A stretch of DNA of 62,537 nt, counting the filler, from Chiloscyllium plagiosum (taxonomy: Eukaryota), in assembly GCF_004010195.1 (NCBI RefSeq). It is 5 parts of one record of this genome, joined end to end, with 100 filler letters (N's around TTAATTAATTAA, not from the genome) between each part and the next. Parts side by side here need not be neighbours in the genome. Positions count along the whole stretch, not along the records: positions 1 to 21,371 come from NC_057712.1; 4 more parts are not named here. One strand, written 5' to 3'. Shown piece after piece: positions 1-12,529 of the stretch; position 1 is the stretch's first letter; every line of letters starts with the position of its first letter. Both the position numbers and the translations under genes were made by a program. The notes under the pieces were generated by a model. That model was given only the letters and a program-made list of their open reading frames with translations, did not search any database and was not told the origin of the DNA.

Positions 1-1268
1 TTGAACAAGGGGACCACATTTGCTATCCTCCAGTCTTCTGGCACTATTCCTGTAGACAACGAGGACATAAAAATTAAGGCCAATGGCTCTGCAATCTCCT
101 CCCTTGCTTCCCAGAGAATCCTAGGATAAATGCCATCAGGCCCAGGGGACTTTTCTATTTTCACCCTTTCCAGAATTTCCAACACCTCTTCTCTACATAC
201 CTCAAAGCCATCCATTCTACTTAATTGTGACTCAGTATTCACATCGGCAACAATGTCCTGTTCCTGAGTGAATACTGACAAAGTATTCATTCAGTGTCTC
301 CCCAATTTCTTCAGCCTCCACACGCAACTTCCCACAACTATCCTTGACTGGACCTATTTCTACCCTAGTCATTCTTTTATTCCTGACATACCTATAGAAA
401 GCCTTAGGGTTTTCCCTAATCCTACCAACTAAGGACTTTTCATGTCCCCTCCTTGCTGCTCTTAGTTCTCTCTTCAGATCCTTCCTGGCTACCTTATAAC
501 TCTCAATCGCTCCAATTGAACATTCACACCTCATCTTTACTTAGGCCGCCCTCTTCCATTTAACAAGGGATTCCAATTCCTTATTAAACCATGGCTCCCT
601 CAAACGACCCTTTCCTCCCTGCCTGACAGGTACATACTTATCAATGACACTCAATAGTTGCTCCTTGAACAAGCTCCACATATCAATTGTGTCCATGCCT
701 TGAAGCCTACTTTTCCAAGCCACGCATCCTAAGTCGTACCTCACCGCATCATAATTTTCCTGCCCCCAGCTATTACTTTGCCCTGCAGTGCACACTTATC
801 CCTCTCCATCACTAGAGTAAAAGTCACCGAATTGTGGTCACTGTCCCCAAAGTGCTCCCCTAACTCCAATTCTAACACCTGGCCTGGTTCATTACCCAGA
901 ACCAAATCCAGTATCCTATTACTTTCACTCTTTTCCTGAATCATCCTCGCAATCCTTTCTTCTACGTCTCTAGGACTATTAGGAGGCCTGTAGAAAACTC
1001 CTAACAGGGTGACCTCACCTTTCCTATTCCTAACCTCAGCCTAAAGTACCTCAGATGTCAAGTCTTCATCCATCGTCCTTTACACTGCAGTAATACTATC
1101 TTTGACAAGCAATGCCACACCTCCCCCTCTTTTATCCCCACCTCTGACCCTACTAAAACATTTAAACCCTGGAACCTGCAACAGCCAATCCTGTCCCTGT
1201 TCTACCCCATGTCTCTGTAATAGCCACAACATCGAAATCCCAGGTACCAACCCACACTGCAAGTTCAC

Positions 1269-2301
1269 CTACCTTATTTCGTATACTTCTTGCATTGAAT
1301 ATACACACTTCAAGACACTTTCCTGTTTACAGGCACCCTCCTTTGAGATTGATGCCATGTTCCTAACCTCCCTACACTCCAGGTCCTGCACCCTAAAGCT
1401 ACAGTCTNNNNNNNNNNNNNNNNNNNNNNNNNNNNNNNNNNNNNNNNNNNNNNNNNNNNNNNNNNNNNNNNNNNNNNNNNNNNNNNNNNNNNNNNNNNNN
1501 NNNNNNNNNNNNNNNNNNNNNNNNNNNNNNNNNNNNNNNNNNNNNNNNNNNNNNNNNNNNNNNNNNNNNNNNNNNNNNNNNNNNNNNNNNNNNNNNNNNN
1601 NNNNNNNNNNNNNNNNNNNNNNNGTTCTAACTCTGAGCTTCCAACCTAGTTCCCTGAAAGCCCTGCCTAACTCCTCAGCCCTCCTCCTACCTATGTCATT
1701 GGTGCCAATGTGGACCACGACTTCGGGTTGCTCCCCCTCTCCCTTAAGGACCCGGAAAACACGATCAGAGACGTCACGTACCCTTGCACCTGGGAGGCAA
1801 CATACCAAACGTGAGTCTCTCTCGCCCCCAAAGAACCGCCTATCTGTGCCCCAAACAATCGAGTCCCCAATAACTATTGCTCTGCTCTTCTCCACCCTTC
1901 CCTTCTGAGCAACGGGGACAGGCTCCATGCCAGAGGCCTGAACCCCATTGCTTAGCCCTGGTAAGTCCCCCCCCCCCACAAGTATCCAAAACGGTATACT
2001 TGTTCTTGAGGGGAACGGCCGCAGGGGGTCCCTGCACTGGCTGCTTCCTCCCAGTCCCCCTCACTGTCACCCATCTGTCTGCAATCTTTGGAGTTACTAC
2101 TTTCCTAAAGCTCCGATCTATGACCCCCTCTGCCTCCCGAATGATCCTAAGTTCATCCAACTCCAGCTCCAGTTCCCTAACACAGACTTGGAGGAGCTGG
2201 AGATGGGTGCACTTCCTGCAAGTGTAATCAGCAGGGACAGCCATGTCATCCCTCACCTGAAACATGTTGCAAGAGGAACATTGCACTGCCTTCACTGCCA
2301 T
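1269..2301 (-). pseudogene. CR1 ORF1p (Cys-rich N-terminus, coiled coil, SGNH/GDSL esterase), frameshifted and partly in an N gap
   Basis: ORFs 1840..2301 and 1269..1979 join into one typical fish CR1 ORF1; GDS block I and GxND block III are visible. Confidence 0.88.
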
Positions 2302-2439
2302 CCCTCTAAAAGTAACCTTTTAAAAAAACAAAATGCAGCACTTACCAACTTACCACAACGGGTCTTATTATTAGCATAGAGGAGGCGGGCGGGTGGAAGG
2401 CACTACCTCTGTAATGCCTCGGGTTCCTCTCCTGCGTGC

Positions 2440-2712
2440 TTTTTAGACTAGACTAGATTAGACTAGATTACTAACAGTGTGGAAACAGGCCCTTCGGCCC
2501 AACAAGTCCACACCGACCCGCCGAAGCNNNNNNNNNNNNNNNNNNNNNNNNNNNNNNNNNNNNNNNNNNNNNNNNNNNNNNNNNNNNNNNNNNNNNNNNN
2601 NNNNNNNNGGGAGAACGTACAAAGTCCACACAGTCAGTCGCCTGAGTCGGGAATTGAACCCGGGTCTCTAGCGCTGTGAGGCAGCAGTGCTAACCACTGT
2701 GCCACCATGCCC
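2440..2712 (-). mobile_element. tRNA-derived SINE (HE1/V-SINE type) inserted in the CR1 5' UTR
   Basis: Minus strand begins GGGCATGGTGGCACAGTGGTTAGCACTGCTGCCTCAC (box A) then GGGTTCAATTCCC (box B); CR1-like tail GGGCCGAAGGGCCTGTTTCCACACTG plus TCTAG/TCTAA repeats. Confidence 0.9.
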
Positions 2713-3349
2713 AGGTAATCTTGCGCTACACCAGCTTCCGACTGCCCCTCTGGTCGTTGTCACTTCCCCCTGCGGCTCCCGCTCTTTCTGTGAAGAGAAA
2801 AAAAACCACCGCTGCCCGCTACCGGTAAGTAATTTTAAAACAAACTGTCTCACCTTAGCTGTAGCCTTCCGGGTTCCTTTAAACTCAGCTGCTGCTCGCA
2901 CTAAAAATGTTCTTGGACTAAGGGGGACAGGACCGTGTCGAGGTATGCAGAGATGAGGGTGAGAGGGTAATTGGTCAAATATCCTGTTTCTGTGAATATG
3001 TTCCTATTGCCAGAACTTGTGAATACTTTCATTTGTCAAGAGTCTATATTTTAAGATTATAACATGGTTCCACATTATTAAAGTTCCTAGCCAAGTGTGT
3101 TGTCCTTATCAATACCTATGTTATGGTAACTTCTCCTGACATTAGAAAAGGTATTTTTGAAGTTTGTTTTGATATGTGACTATGTTTACCATTGCTGTCA
3201 AGAAGACAAATGTCTGTACATGCCAGTGTGTGTTTTCCATTTTCAAAAAGAAAATTCAAAATTATGTGAATTGTTAATTATGGGATGATAATTATTTTAA
3301 TAATTAGAACCTGTCCTAATAGCTGTATTTCTTTCACTGATTCCTTCAG

Positions 3350-3422
3350 AGCATATGTTCATGTGTATCCAGAATATCACATCACTCAACTCAACAATGT
3401 ATCATTCTGCAGCACGTGCAAG
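3350..3422 (+). CDS. Candidate internal exon (73 nt) of an unidentified host gene
   Basis: Acceptor tttctttcactgattccttcag, donor AAG|gtttaa, lies in non-repeat DNA. All three frames are open (e.g. AYVHVYPEYHITQLNNVSFCSTCK, phase-0 end). No homolog recognised. Confidence 0.4.
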
Positions 3423-4384
3423 GTTTAAGAAATACACTTGATTTCAGCTCCTTTATCTGCGTAAAATAGTGTTTTAATTTGAACTTAAGGAATCACAAGA
3501 CAAAAGCAAATAGTGGAGATATCTACTCCCCCATTGGCCATCATACCTGCTCATCAAATGTCCACATCTTATCATTGGTCCAATAACACCTTTTCCCAAT
3601 TTTATCCAGGTTGTTTTCTCTAGTGCCTGGGGGTTTAATCTGTGGTTCTTAGAAACTCAAGGACAATTAGAAGGTTGGCAATCCTACAGTTGCCATGCTA
3701 TAGGACCACTCAGATCCTCCAATCTGCAGGAGACCAGATGACATCTGTGCCACCAGATTTTCCAATCAGACCTCCCAGTGAATATCTAACTGCATGTCTA
3801 GAGGAAAAGAAGGTATATGGAGTCTTCCAGGCTTTTCCTCTGATTTTCTAAGTCTGTGCAAGGATCATGCCTGTTGTCGGTATCGCAAGTCTCTGCTCCT
3901 TTCTTCCTTAGCTCCAGGGAAGTGAGTGTTCCCTAGACATATGGGAAATTTTGATCAGTGGAATTCTGCTGTCTAGAAACAGTTTTGCAGCAAATGACCT
4001 TGTCCTAACCTGGTGGTGAAGTTGTAATTCCTGTATTCACTTGACAAAGGTCAAGCAACCCCGACTGCAATAGCTGGTTAGTGAAAATTAATACTGCAGT
4101 CTTTTGTTGTATGCTTATTATAATAGCTTAAAATGTTAACAGTTGTTTTGGCATCTGATTGTTCACACGAATGAAATTGATAATCTAATTTAAAGTTATT
4201 TTGTTGCACCTTGAACAATGGAAAGAAAAGCTCATGTCAATCACTCTTGTTGTTTTCAGTTGGACAGACCTAAGTGCATTTTATGAAGAAATAGTTATTG
4301 TTACTTTGAACCTGGAATTGTCAATAATACCTTTCCAGAGAACATAGATTTTTCAGTGTATAAATAATAATGTTAGGACTTTGA

Positions 4385-6210
4385 TTGAGAATTGGTTAAC
4401 AGACAGAAAACAGAGTATAAATAATCAGTTCTTTCTCAGGGTGGCAGACTGTGTCTACTCAGGTATCACAAAGATCAGTGCTTAGGCCCCAACTATTCAC
4501 AATGAATTTGCGTCCCCACACGCAAATCACTAGAACAATGATTTGCATGTGAGGACAAAATGGTATATCTTCAAGTTTGTTCATGACATGAAACCAGGCA
4601 GGAAATTGAGTCGCAAGGAATATACAAAGAGGCTTTAAACAGATTTAGAACATGAAAGATGGGATATAATGTAGAAAAATGTGAAGTTACCTAGTTTGGT
4701 GGAAAAAACAGAAATGTAAAGTGTTTCTTAAATGATGAGGGATTGGGAAGTGTTGATGTACAGAGGGACTTGGCTGTCCATGTTCATAAGCCACTGAAAG
4801 CTTACATGCAGGTACAGCAAACAATAAAAAAGACAAATGGTATTTTGACCTTTATTTCATAGGATTTGAAAGCAGGAGTAAAGAAATCTTGCTGCAGTTG
4901 TATTGAGCTTTCATGAGACATCACCTCAAGTGCATGATTTTTGCTCTGTTTCCCTTAGGAAGGGTTTACTTGCCTCACTAACAGTGCAACAAAGATTTAC
5001 CAGGTGGATATCTGGGATGGTGGGATTGTCCTGAGGAGAAACACTGCCTATATTCTTTACAGTTTTGAAGCATGAGAATTGATCTAATTGAAAAGTATTA
5101 AATATTTACAGGACTTGAAATGATAAATGCAGGAAGGCTGTTTGCCTTAGATGGAGTTTGGAGGCGAGATTGGAATGTAGTGATCAAGCACCGGTGACAC
5201 AGTCCCAGAAAAAGTGGTCACCCATTTAGTACTGAGATAAGAGGGAATAGTGAATCTTTGTAATTCTCAATGCCAGAGAGCTGTGAGGCTCAGGTAATAA
5301 GTGTAGTCAAGATAGCGATTAAAAGATTTCTTGATATTAACAATGTCAATGGGGATAGTGTGGGGAAATGGCCTTGAGAGAGAAGATTAGCCATAATTTA
5401 GAAATGTAGGAACAGGAGTAGTAATTCTGCCCCTTGAGCCTGGTCAACCATTCAATTAGATCTTGGCTGATGTGAGCTAACTCCATATACCCGCTTTGGG
5501 CCCATATCCCTTGATACCCTTGCTTAATAAAAAGTTATCTATTTCATACTTATCAATTCAATTATCATCAACCACCATTTGAGGAAGAGAGTTCCAAACC
5601 TCCACTGCTATTTGCGCTTTCTACCATCTCTTCCAGCCCTAATTCTTAGATTATGCCCCCGGTTCTAGAATCTTCAACCAGTGAAAGTAGTTCATTTTTA
5701 TTGAACCTCTCTTTTTCTATTACTGTCCTGAAGACCTCAATTAGATCACCCCCTAACTTATTAAATTCTAGATAGCAAAAAGCCTAATTTGACAAATCTC
5801 TCCTCGTAACCTAACCCCAGGTATCATCCTTGTAAACTTGTGTTGAACTCCCTCCAAGCTCAGAGTATCCTTCCTAGGATGTGATGCCCAGATCTGCTCA
5901 ACATAGACTAAGTGGGGTCTCATTAGGGTTTTGTATAACTACAGCATAACATCTGCATCCCTATACTCCAGCCCTTTAGATATGAAGGCCAGCATTCCAT
6001 TAGCCTTTTAGACTATTTTCCACACCATGGAAAATGGCATTTTAAAGGGCTATGCAGCTGAACACCCAAGTCTCATTGGACATCACTGTATTTAACGTTG
6101 TGCCTTCTAAAAATACCCCGATCTATCCTTTATCAATCTGTAATCTATTTGAATGGCTGAGGAGGCTCAAGGGGCCAATAGTTTACACCTGCTCCTATTT
6201 CCTATGATCC
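4385..6210 (+). mobile_element. Old 5'-truncated CR1 LINE (RT to 3' tail), interrupted near its 3' end by an opposite-strand CR1 fragment
   Basis: Degenerate WLTDRKQR..QGSVLGPQLF..SKF..D motifs from 4392; the tail resumes at ~6150 (gaatggctgaggaggctcaagggg..cctgctcctatttcctatg). Confidence 0.8.
5400..6110 (-). mobile_element. Old CR1 3' fragment nested in the previous element
   Basis: Reverse-oriented tail (gtaggaacaggagtag..gagcctg..ccattcaattagatc) followed by degenerate RT C-terminal sequence. Confidence 0.75.
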
Positions 6211-6360
6211 GAGATTGAAACATAAAGATGTCAAAATATTAAATACTTTGACCGGAAATCTTTTTTATTATTCGAGTCAAGTCTGTTCAGATAGTGTTCA
6301 TTGAATTTTGCAATTCAATCTTAGTCTCAACATTTCTTTTTCTCCTATGTTCTCCATAAG

Positions 6361-6437
6361 GTATTTAGTATTTCAATGAAAAAGAAACAGTACTGTTCGT
6401 ATTTTGAACTACATCCCAGGTTTGACACGTTCTGCAG
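6361..6437 (+). CDS. Candidate exon (77 nt)
   Basis: Long pyrimidine tract ttctttttctcctatgttctccataag, donor CAG|gtactc; phase-0 frame is open (VFSISMKKKQYCSYFELHPRFDTFC) and compatible with the 3350-3422 exon. No homology support. Confidence 0.25.
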
Positions 6438-6814
6438 GTACTCAACAAGATAGCAGGTTGAAATTTGTTGCTACAACAAGAAATAGCAGAAAATAACATC
6501 TGTACTTCTTATTTTCACACACTGAGGATGTTTTTAATACTATCATGCTGAGTCAGAACAGTTTCTGCATCAGGAAATATGTGCATGATATAATATTGAC
6601 ATGTTTAAAGACAGCCTGCATGAAAGTGTTTTGGCTGTAACTATGTTGAATTGACCGTGCAGATTAAATAAGGGATATGTAAAATTTACTATAGGTTACT
6701 TAAGGTAAGGAAACCTCCTGAAACAATGTATCTAATGGAATAATCAAGTCCGTGTCAGCTTTCTGTAGAGTAATCTGCTCAGTCCCTTCATCCACTTTAA
6801 CTGTCTGGTCCTGT

Positions 6815-6890
6815 GAAGAACTGCTGTGCTTTTCCAGCACCACTAATCCAGAATCTGGTTTCCAGCATTTGCAGTCGTTGTTTTTACCTA
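6815..6890 (-). mobile_element. Short Penelope-like terminal fragment
   Basis: ctgctgtgcttttccagcacc..ccagcatttgcagtc matches the terminus seen at 58424-58487 and, reversed, at 29047-29110. Confidence 0.6.
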
Positions 6891-8794
6891 ATGCCTATCA
6901 AATCCCTATACTCTTTCATTTTGAAATCATTGATTGCCTGTACTTCCCCTATCTTCTTGTAACCTCTTGAAGCAGGTGGTGATAGCAAACTAGCATCTCT
7001 AAGTTGATGTTGAGTAGACTCTGCGAGCTAGCATTCTGTTCCTGTGTGCAAACTGTCCTCATTGCAGCCTTTCAAAGCTAGTTGCTGGTACACAATACAG
7101 TATGTTATCTGTGCTTCCAGAGAACATTGTCAGTAAATAGGAGAGATACCAGGATGGTCAGGATGGATTAGCAGATATTTGATGAGATGAGTGTAGAGCA
7201 GGAAAAGCTTCTTCAGTGAAAATTACAAGCTGGAAATGCACTGTTTTCAGTGAAATTGAAGAGCTCCAGCAAGGCTTCTATTCTCAGAGAATGCTTTTAC
7301 TGTTTGACAAGTGAATTTTGTAATTTCTTGGAAGGTGTATCACCTATTTTTCACTTCACTTATCTACAGCTGCATCTCTCTGCTGCTTTCTCTCATTGAA
7401 ACTTGGGTATGACTTTTCTAACCCCACCTTGGACCTGTAATGAGTGGTAAGAGCAAAAGCAATGGAATAAGATAGTTTGAAGTACACACCCTCGATCCTA
7501 GTATACATACATCTGATTTTCAAAAATGGTAAGCCAGCAAATGATTCAATCATAATTTTGCAAGTACATCTTCTAAAGAAAGTAAACAGTCATTTTTAAA
7601 TTAGAGCAAATAATTACAATTCCATTGGAAATTATTTTTCTTAGTACTTATTTAATAAAATTATTTAATAAGTTATTTAATAAAACAAAAATATCAATCA
7701 GAAACACCATGAATGTAATGTTCATAAACATTCACAAATCATTATATTCTTTGCATCCAATTATTTAAACAATATTGGAAACTCTTATTATTTTGTGTTT
7801 AATTCTGGACAGAAATAGTAAATTGCTAAGAAAATGCATAAATTATAAATGTTGACATAACTATCTTCCAAATCCAGGAAGGAGCTGGGGAAATACAATT
7901 AGAATGAACAAATATCATATGACATCTCATTCAGTTTAATTTTCCAGGCTTGTCAAATATGACAAGTTGAAATAAAATTACAATAGAAGAAAATTGTATT
8001 TCTTGTGAATTGAGTCTATAGTTTGGTTTTGCATCATATATATCATGATTTTTAGAAAACTGTCATTTAAAATCACTTACTTTGATATTAACAGGTGGGT
8101 TACTGAGCAGGAATGATTTTCCTCCATCATACCCTTTAACTCTTTCTTGTAGTGCACGATTGATTCATTTCAATGTGTGGACCATGTAAATATTTTGTAC
8201 AGTTTCGTTAAGTGTTCTCTGAATTAAATGGCTCAATATGTGCGCAACTTATAAAATCTTTCTGATCGTGGCTGCACAAGACAGAGGGAATATTGTTTTT
8301 TGCTGAATGTTTCAAGGATGCTCCTCAAGCATGCATATCTTTTGACAGAACCCTGCCTGGAAGTCAGATTGATCGACAGCTTTGAGTTATTTTCAATCAG
8401 GGAGAAACTTGGAGCTGGTTGCAGCCCCATGGAGACTGTCACAGCAGCCAGTAGATGGGCAGATGGATGGTCTCAATCTCAATCTTCCTTCCCACCTCAC
8501 CAGGGAAATAATTTTGAATGAAAAAGATCCCAGTCCCAAATAAACAGATAGCTTGGGGTGTTGTGATCAGGAAAGGAAACATTTCTGTTCATCTTTGCCC
8601 ACAGGTGTGCTTTAGCGACTTTTACCTTTACCTAGAGCAATCTTCAGTTCATTTGAATTGCCAAATTTTCAGAGACTTTTGAAACCAAGGAACAACCAAT
8701 TAACTTTGTATTGAAGTTAAATGTGAGCCTGCCATGCTCATTTCAATAATATTTAAATGCTATCCCATCCTTATACTGCCTCTATTAAACCTAG

Positions 8795-8943
8795 TTAAAA
8801 ATCACACAACACCAGGTTATAGTCCAACAGGTTTAATTGGAAGCACACTAGTGCTTCCAATTAAACCTGTTGGACTATAACCTGGTGTTGTGTGATTTTT
8901 AACTTTGTACACCCCAGTCCAACACCGGCATCTCCAAATCCTG
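8795..8943. mobile_element. Fold-back (palindromic) short element, probably Penelope-derived, with a 14-bp target-site duplication
   Basis: Perfect 54-bp inverted repeat 8793-8846 / 8851-8904 with a 4-nt loop; direct repeat TCTATTAAACCTAG at 8781-8794 and 8944-8957; same family as 45126-45420. Confidence 0.8.
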
Positions 8944-9523
8944 TCTATTAAACCTAGAAATGCACAGTTTGGAAGTGAGTTAAGGTTCTGTTTAAGATTT
9001 TAATAATGGTTTTATCTCACATAGTTCCAAACATACGTATGTATGAGTTAGCAGGAGTAGGCTACTCGGCCTCTTGAGACTGCCTGTCATTCAATAAGAT
9101 TGTGGCAAATCTGATTTTCTACACTCTTGTCTACCCACAATAGCCCTTCACCCCCTTGCTTATCATGGATCTACTACCCCGTGTTCTGCTCCCCTCACCT
9201 ACATAATACACCCATAATACATGACATAGTGGAAGTAAACTAAGGATTATTTTCCAATTCATTTGGATATCTAAAAGAAAACCGGATGATTATGTGGAAT
9301 TCTGATTTGAAATCTTGCAATTGGTTTGCCTATAAAAACCAAACAGTTGCACAGAGTTATACTTAATCCTGTTTCGTTGCTTGCTGGCAGGTCACATTGC
9401 AGTACTCACACTATCTGCCCAATATAAACATAGAGTCATAGATTGTAACATTTTGTACAACCTGGTTATTATAACAATACATTTATATCCAATGCACATA
9501 TTGGGCAATAATTGAATCAGCAA

Positions 9524-9875
9524 GGTGGCATGTGGCTCAGTGGTTAGCATTGCTGCCTCACAGAACCAGGGACCCAGGTTTGATTCCAGTCTTGGGTGAT
9601 GGTGTGGAATTTGCACATTCTCCCCATGTATGCGTGGGTTTCCTCCAGATGTTCTAGTTTCCTCCCACAATCCAAAGATGTGCAGGTTAGGTGAATTGGC
9701 CATGCTAAATTGCCCATCGTGTTCAGGGATATGTAGGCTATGGGCATTAGTCAGGGGAAATGTAGAATAATAGACTAGGGGTGTGGGTCTGGGTGGGATG
9801 CTCTTCGGAGAGTCAGTGTGGTCTTGTTGGGCAAATGGCTGTCTCAAACTGTAGGGATTCGATGATACAATGATA
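9524..9875 (+). mobile_element. Full-length HE1/V-SINE-type SINE
   Basis: tRNA head (TGGCTCAGTGGTTAGC..GGTTTGATTCC), V-domain-like core (ttctccccatgtatgcgtgggtttcctcc..tttcctcccacaatccaaagatgtgcaggttagg), CR1-like tail. Confidence 0.9.
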
Positions 9876-10306
9876 CATTTTTGAATAGTGTATGTGAGAA
9901 GTCGATTAAAGGTTTACAGTTAGAATTTAATGCTAGCATGCTTATGTATGCTCCGACAGAATGAAAGCCAGATGGAACAGTAACAGAGTAAAACTAATCC
10001 ATTGAAGTATTGTTCCCTTGACGTATTACTGAAGGAAATGCAAAAAAAGGAAGGTTACTCCTTTCAGAGTAGAGGGTTATCCTCCAATCAAGAATGAAGG
10101 AAAATGCATGAGTAAAAATGCACTGCCAATTTTAAGCATTCAATATTTGGAATTTCCCTTCAGGCTTTCTTGCAGTTATGTTTTATTTTGTCCAACGTAA
10201 ATGATGGTACTGCTTAACTTACAAACCAAAGTAATTTCTTGTTTTCACATGTTATAATCAGGACTTGTTAACTCTGAATATTAGGTACTGTCCTTTGAAA
10301 TTTAAA

Positions 10307-10374
10307 GATTAGATTAGATTACTTACAGTGTGGAAACAGGCCCTTCGGCCCAACAAGTCCACACCGACCCGCCA
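10307..10374 (-). mobile_element. 5'-truncated SINE/LINE tail
   Basis: Nearly identical to the tail at 2455-2522, with (AGATT)n terminal repeat. Confidence 0.8.
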
Positions 10375-10439
10375 ACTATCAATTTATTTTAGTTTAGCCA
10401 CGTTAACCTAACATGCAGAGTTTTGAATATAAAAAACTT

Positions 10440-10830
10440 GACGGCACAGGAAGAAACAATTTGTTTCTATGCTGGCTGACAGACAACAATACAGCCTAAT
10501 CCCAATTTCCAGCTTTTGATTCATTTAGTTACATGTTACAACATTTCAAGTTCATAACCACATACCTTTCTAATTGATGAATGTTTCTGCTTCTACAGGC
10601 AGTGAGTTCCAGATCCTCGGCACACTCTGGATCAAAATAATTTCTTCTCAAAGTACTTCTAATCTTCCAGCCAGTTACTTTAAGTCTATACCCCCTGGTA
10701 TTGACCTTCCTGCTAAGGGAAATAGGTGATTCTTAACAATGCTAATGAGCTTTTCATGTTTTTATCCACTCAATTAAATCCACTCAGTGTCCTTTGTTCC
10801 AAAGCAAACAAGCCTATTCAATCATCCCTC
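10440..10830 (-). mobile_element. Old CR1-like 3' fragment
   Basis: caggcagtgagttccagatc..cactctgg..taagtctataccccctgg corresponds to the reverse-strand RT C-terminal (QRV..WNSLP) region. Confidence 0.55.
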
Positions 10831-12529
10831 AGAATTCCCTATTCCGTTCTTTTACTTTGTATTGTGTAATAGTTAGAAATAAATATGATGATTTGCCAGC
10901 TTCCTACGGGGCAAGTACAAGATCATTTGGATGAACATATATCTTCACAGTGCACAATTAAGGTTTTGCAATAAGGAGAGTGCATGAATTTCAGGCCCAA
11001 AGAAATTGAAAGTCAACAGCAGTTAAATTTCAAAATTCAAGCTACATTAATCCAAGTGTGGTGTGGAGTTATTATTGGGCTAAAACTTAATTGAAAATTA
11101 ACAGTGAGATCATATACCATCATTACTGTGTATATCAATCACCAAGTTCAGGGGAAGAAAAGATCGAGCCTGAGTTGCATCTGTCTAGAACTTGTTAGTT
11201 GGTTTATGTGACTGTTTTCTTTTTACAAGCAGCATCCACTCAACCTGTTGGTTTCTCTTAAACATTTGCTGGATTTTCACTTCAACTGTCAGTTAAACTC
11301 ACTGCAGAAAGTTAGGACTCATACTTAACAGTATATGTACATGCAATGTGTTCATTGTCAATGTAATGACAATTAAGCTTTCCAACCCAAACAAGGTACA
11401 ATTTAACTGCAGGCTCAATCCTACAGGTAGTAAATTCTTAAAGATTTTAAAACTGTTTTAAAATGATTTTAATGTTTTGTTTTTCCTTTTCCTTTCTGTC
11501 TTTCATTTAGTTAACTAGATTTATATTTGATTGCTTGTTTTGTACGTGATTTGACTTTATTTCAATTTCTGTTGTTTCTCTTTTTCTGTATTGGTTCAGA
11601 TGCTTGTTTTGAATTGAGTTTGTCTCAGTAAATGTTTCAATAGATATGAAGTATATTAAAGTTATTCAGTCAGAGAAATTTGTTTAAATTTTCCCAGCGC
11701 TTGAACAATGGTGAGTTAGTTGGCAATCAGAAAAGTTAGATTCTGATTGTTGTGAAGAATAAGTTTGATTTTCCACTCAAACTTTGAAAGGCAAGATGAG
11801 AATCTTGCTACTGAGTGGCGAGGGGCGTCATCTTACCTTGTTTGTATGCAGTTGGCTCTTCCAATCAGCAGCAAGGAGAAACTAGATGGCAGCAACTCAT
11901 GTTTGTCAAAATGGTTACCTGACAGCTGCTGTTCACCACACGTTCTTACATGGTCAGTAGCCCCCCAGCGACTCTCTACAGACAGCAACTGCCTGTGCCC
12001 TACCATTTCTCCCACTCCATTTAAGGGTGTTGTCATTGGCATTGTGTAACAGGTGATAAACTTCCTGAAGATGAATTTCTCAGGGGAGACTTTGCAGTCT
12101 AGTCAAGACCAGACAGCCTCACCACATACAAATATGGGTACAGTTCTCCACTTGATTGCTGCACTTTGGAATGCACTGACACCTTACATTGCAATGTTGC
12201 TTAGGCCACTTTGTGTGTAGGGACAAGCACCAATCTCATGCATTGGAGTAGGATGCATCTATGTTTTTTTGCTTGCTTTCTTAGCATTCACTCATTTTGA
12301 GCCTACTAGAATGCCCACAGCATCTCAACCTTACCTTGTATTTTGTGCTTTGCCACCTCATTCAGAATGTACAACTCAACAGTACTTCTGTGTTCCTTGC
12401 TTTTAAGTGAAGACATGAAGCAAGGTAGTCATTAGTGATGAGTCAAGGGGATGGACACAGTTTGGCACTGTACTACATCACATCTACTGTATGTGCCAGC
12501 ATATAACAAGGCAGCAACCTGCAGCTGGT

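Larger units (their letters stand above)
1..2930 (-). mobile_element. CR1-clade LINE, 5' portion (5' UTR, ORF1, start of ORF2), degraded; runs off the left edge
   Basis: ORF1 starts at 2301 (MAVKAVQCSSC..CRKC, heptad LELELDEL), frameshifts at a poly-C run (~1967-1978) into an SGNH esterase (IVIGDSIV..CLPGARV..VVHIGTNDIG). ORF2 endonuclease motifs (GGGVALLVK, ILDLVLGNE..FGDSDH) and linker (NPKAFYRYV, LNEYF) lie at 232-1310. Stops and frameshifts present. Confidence 0.93.

Noticed and set aside
2620..2712. tRNA genes (also 9524 and 40546)
   Set aside because: Box A/B heads run directly into SINE cores and tails; no complete cloverleaf.
7370..7446. In-frame TGA read as selenocysteine
   Set aside because: No selenoprotein-like context and no recognisable SECIS element.
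7356..8360. Minus-strand two-exon gene end (donor at ~8080, acceptor at ~7437)
   Set aside because: All frames hit a stop shortly upstream without a credible acceptor; the same motifs are explained as well by + strand branch and acceptor signals.
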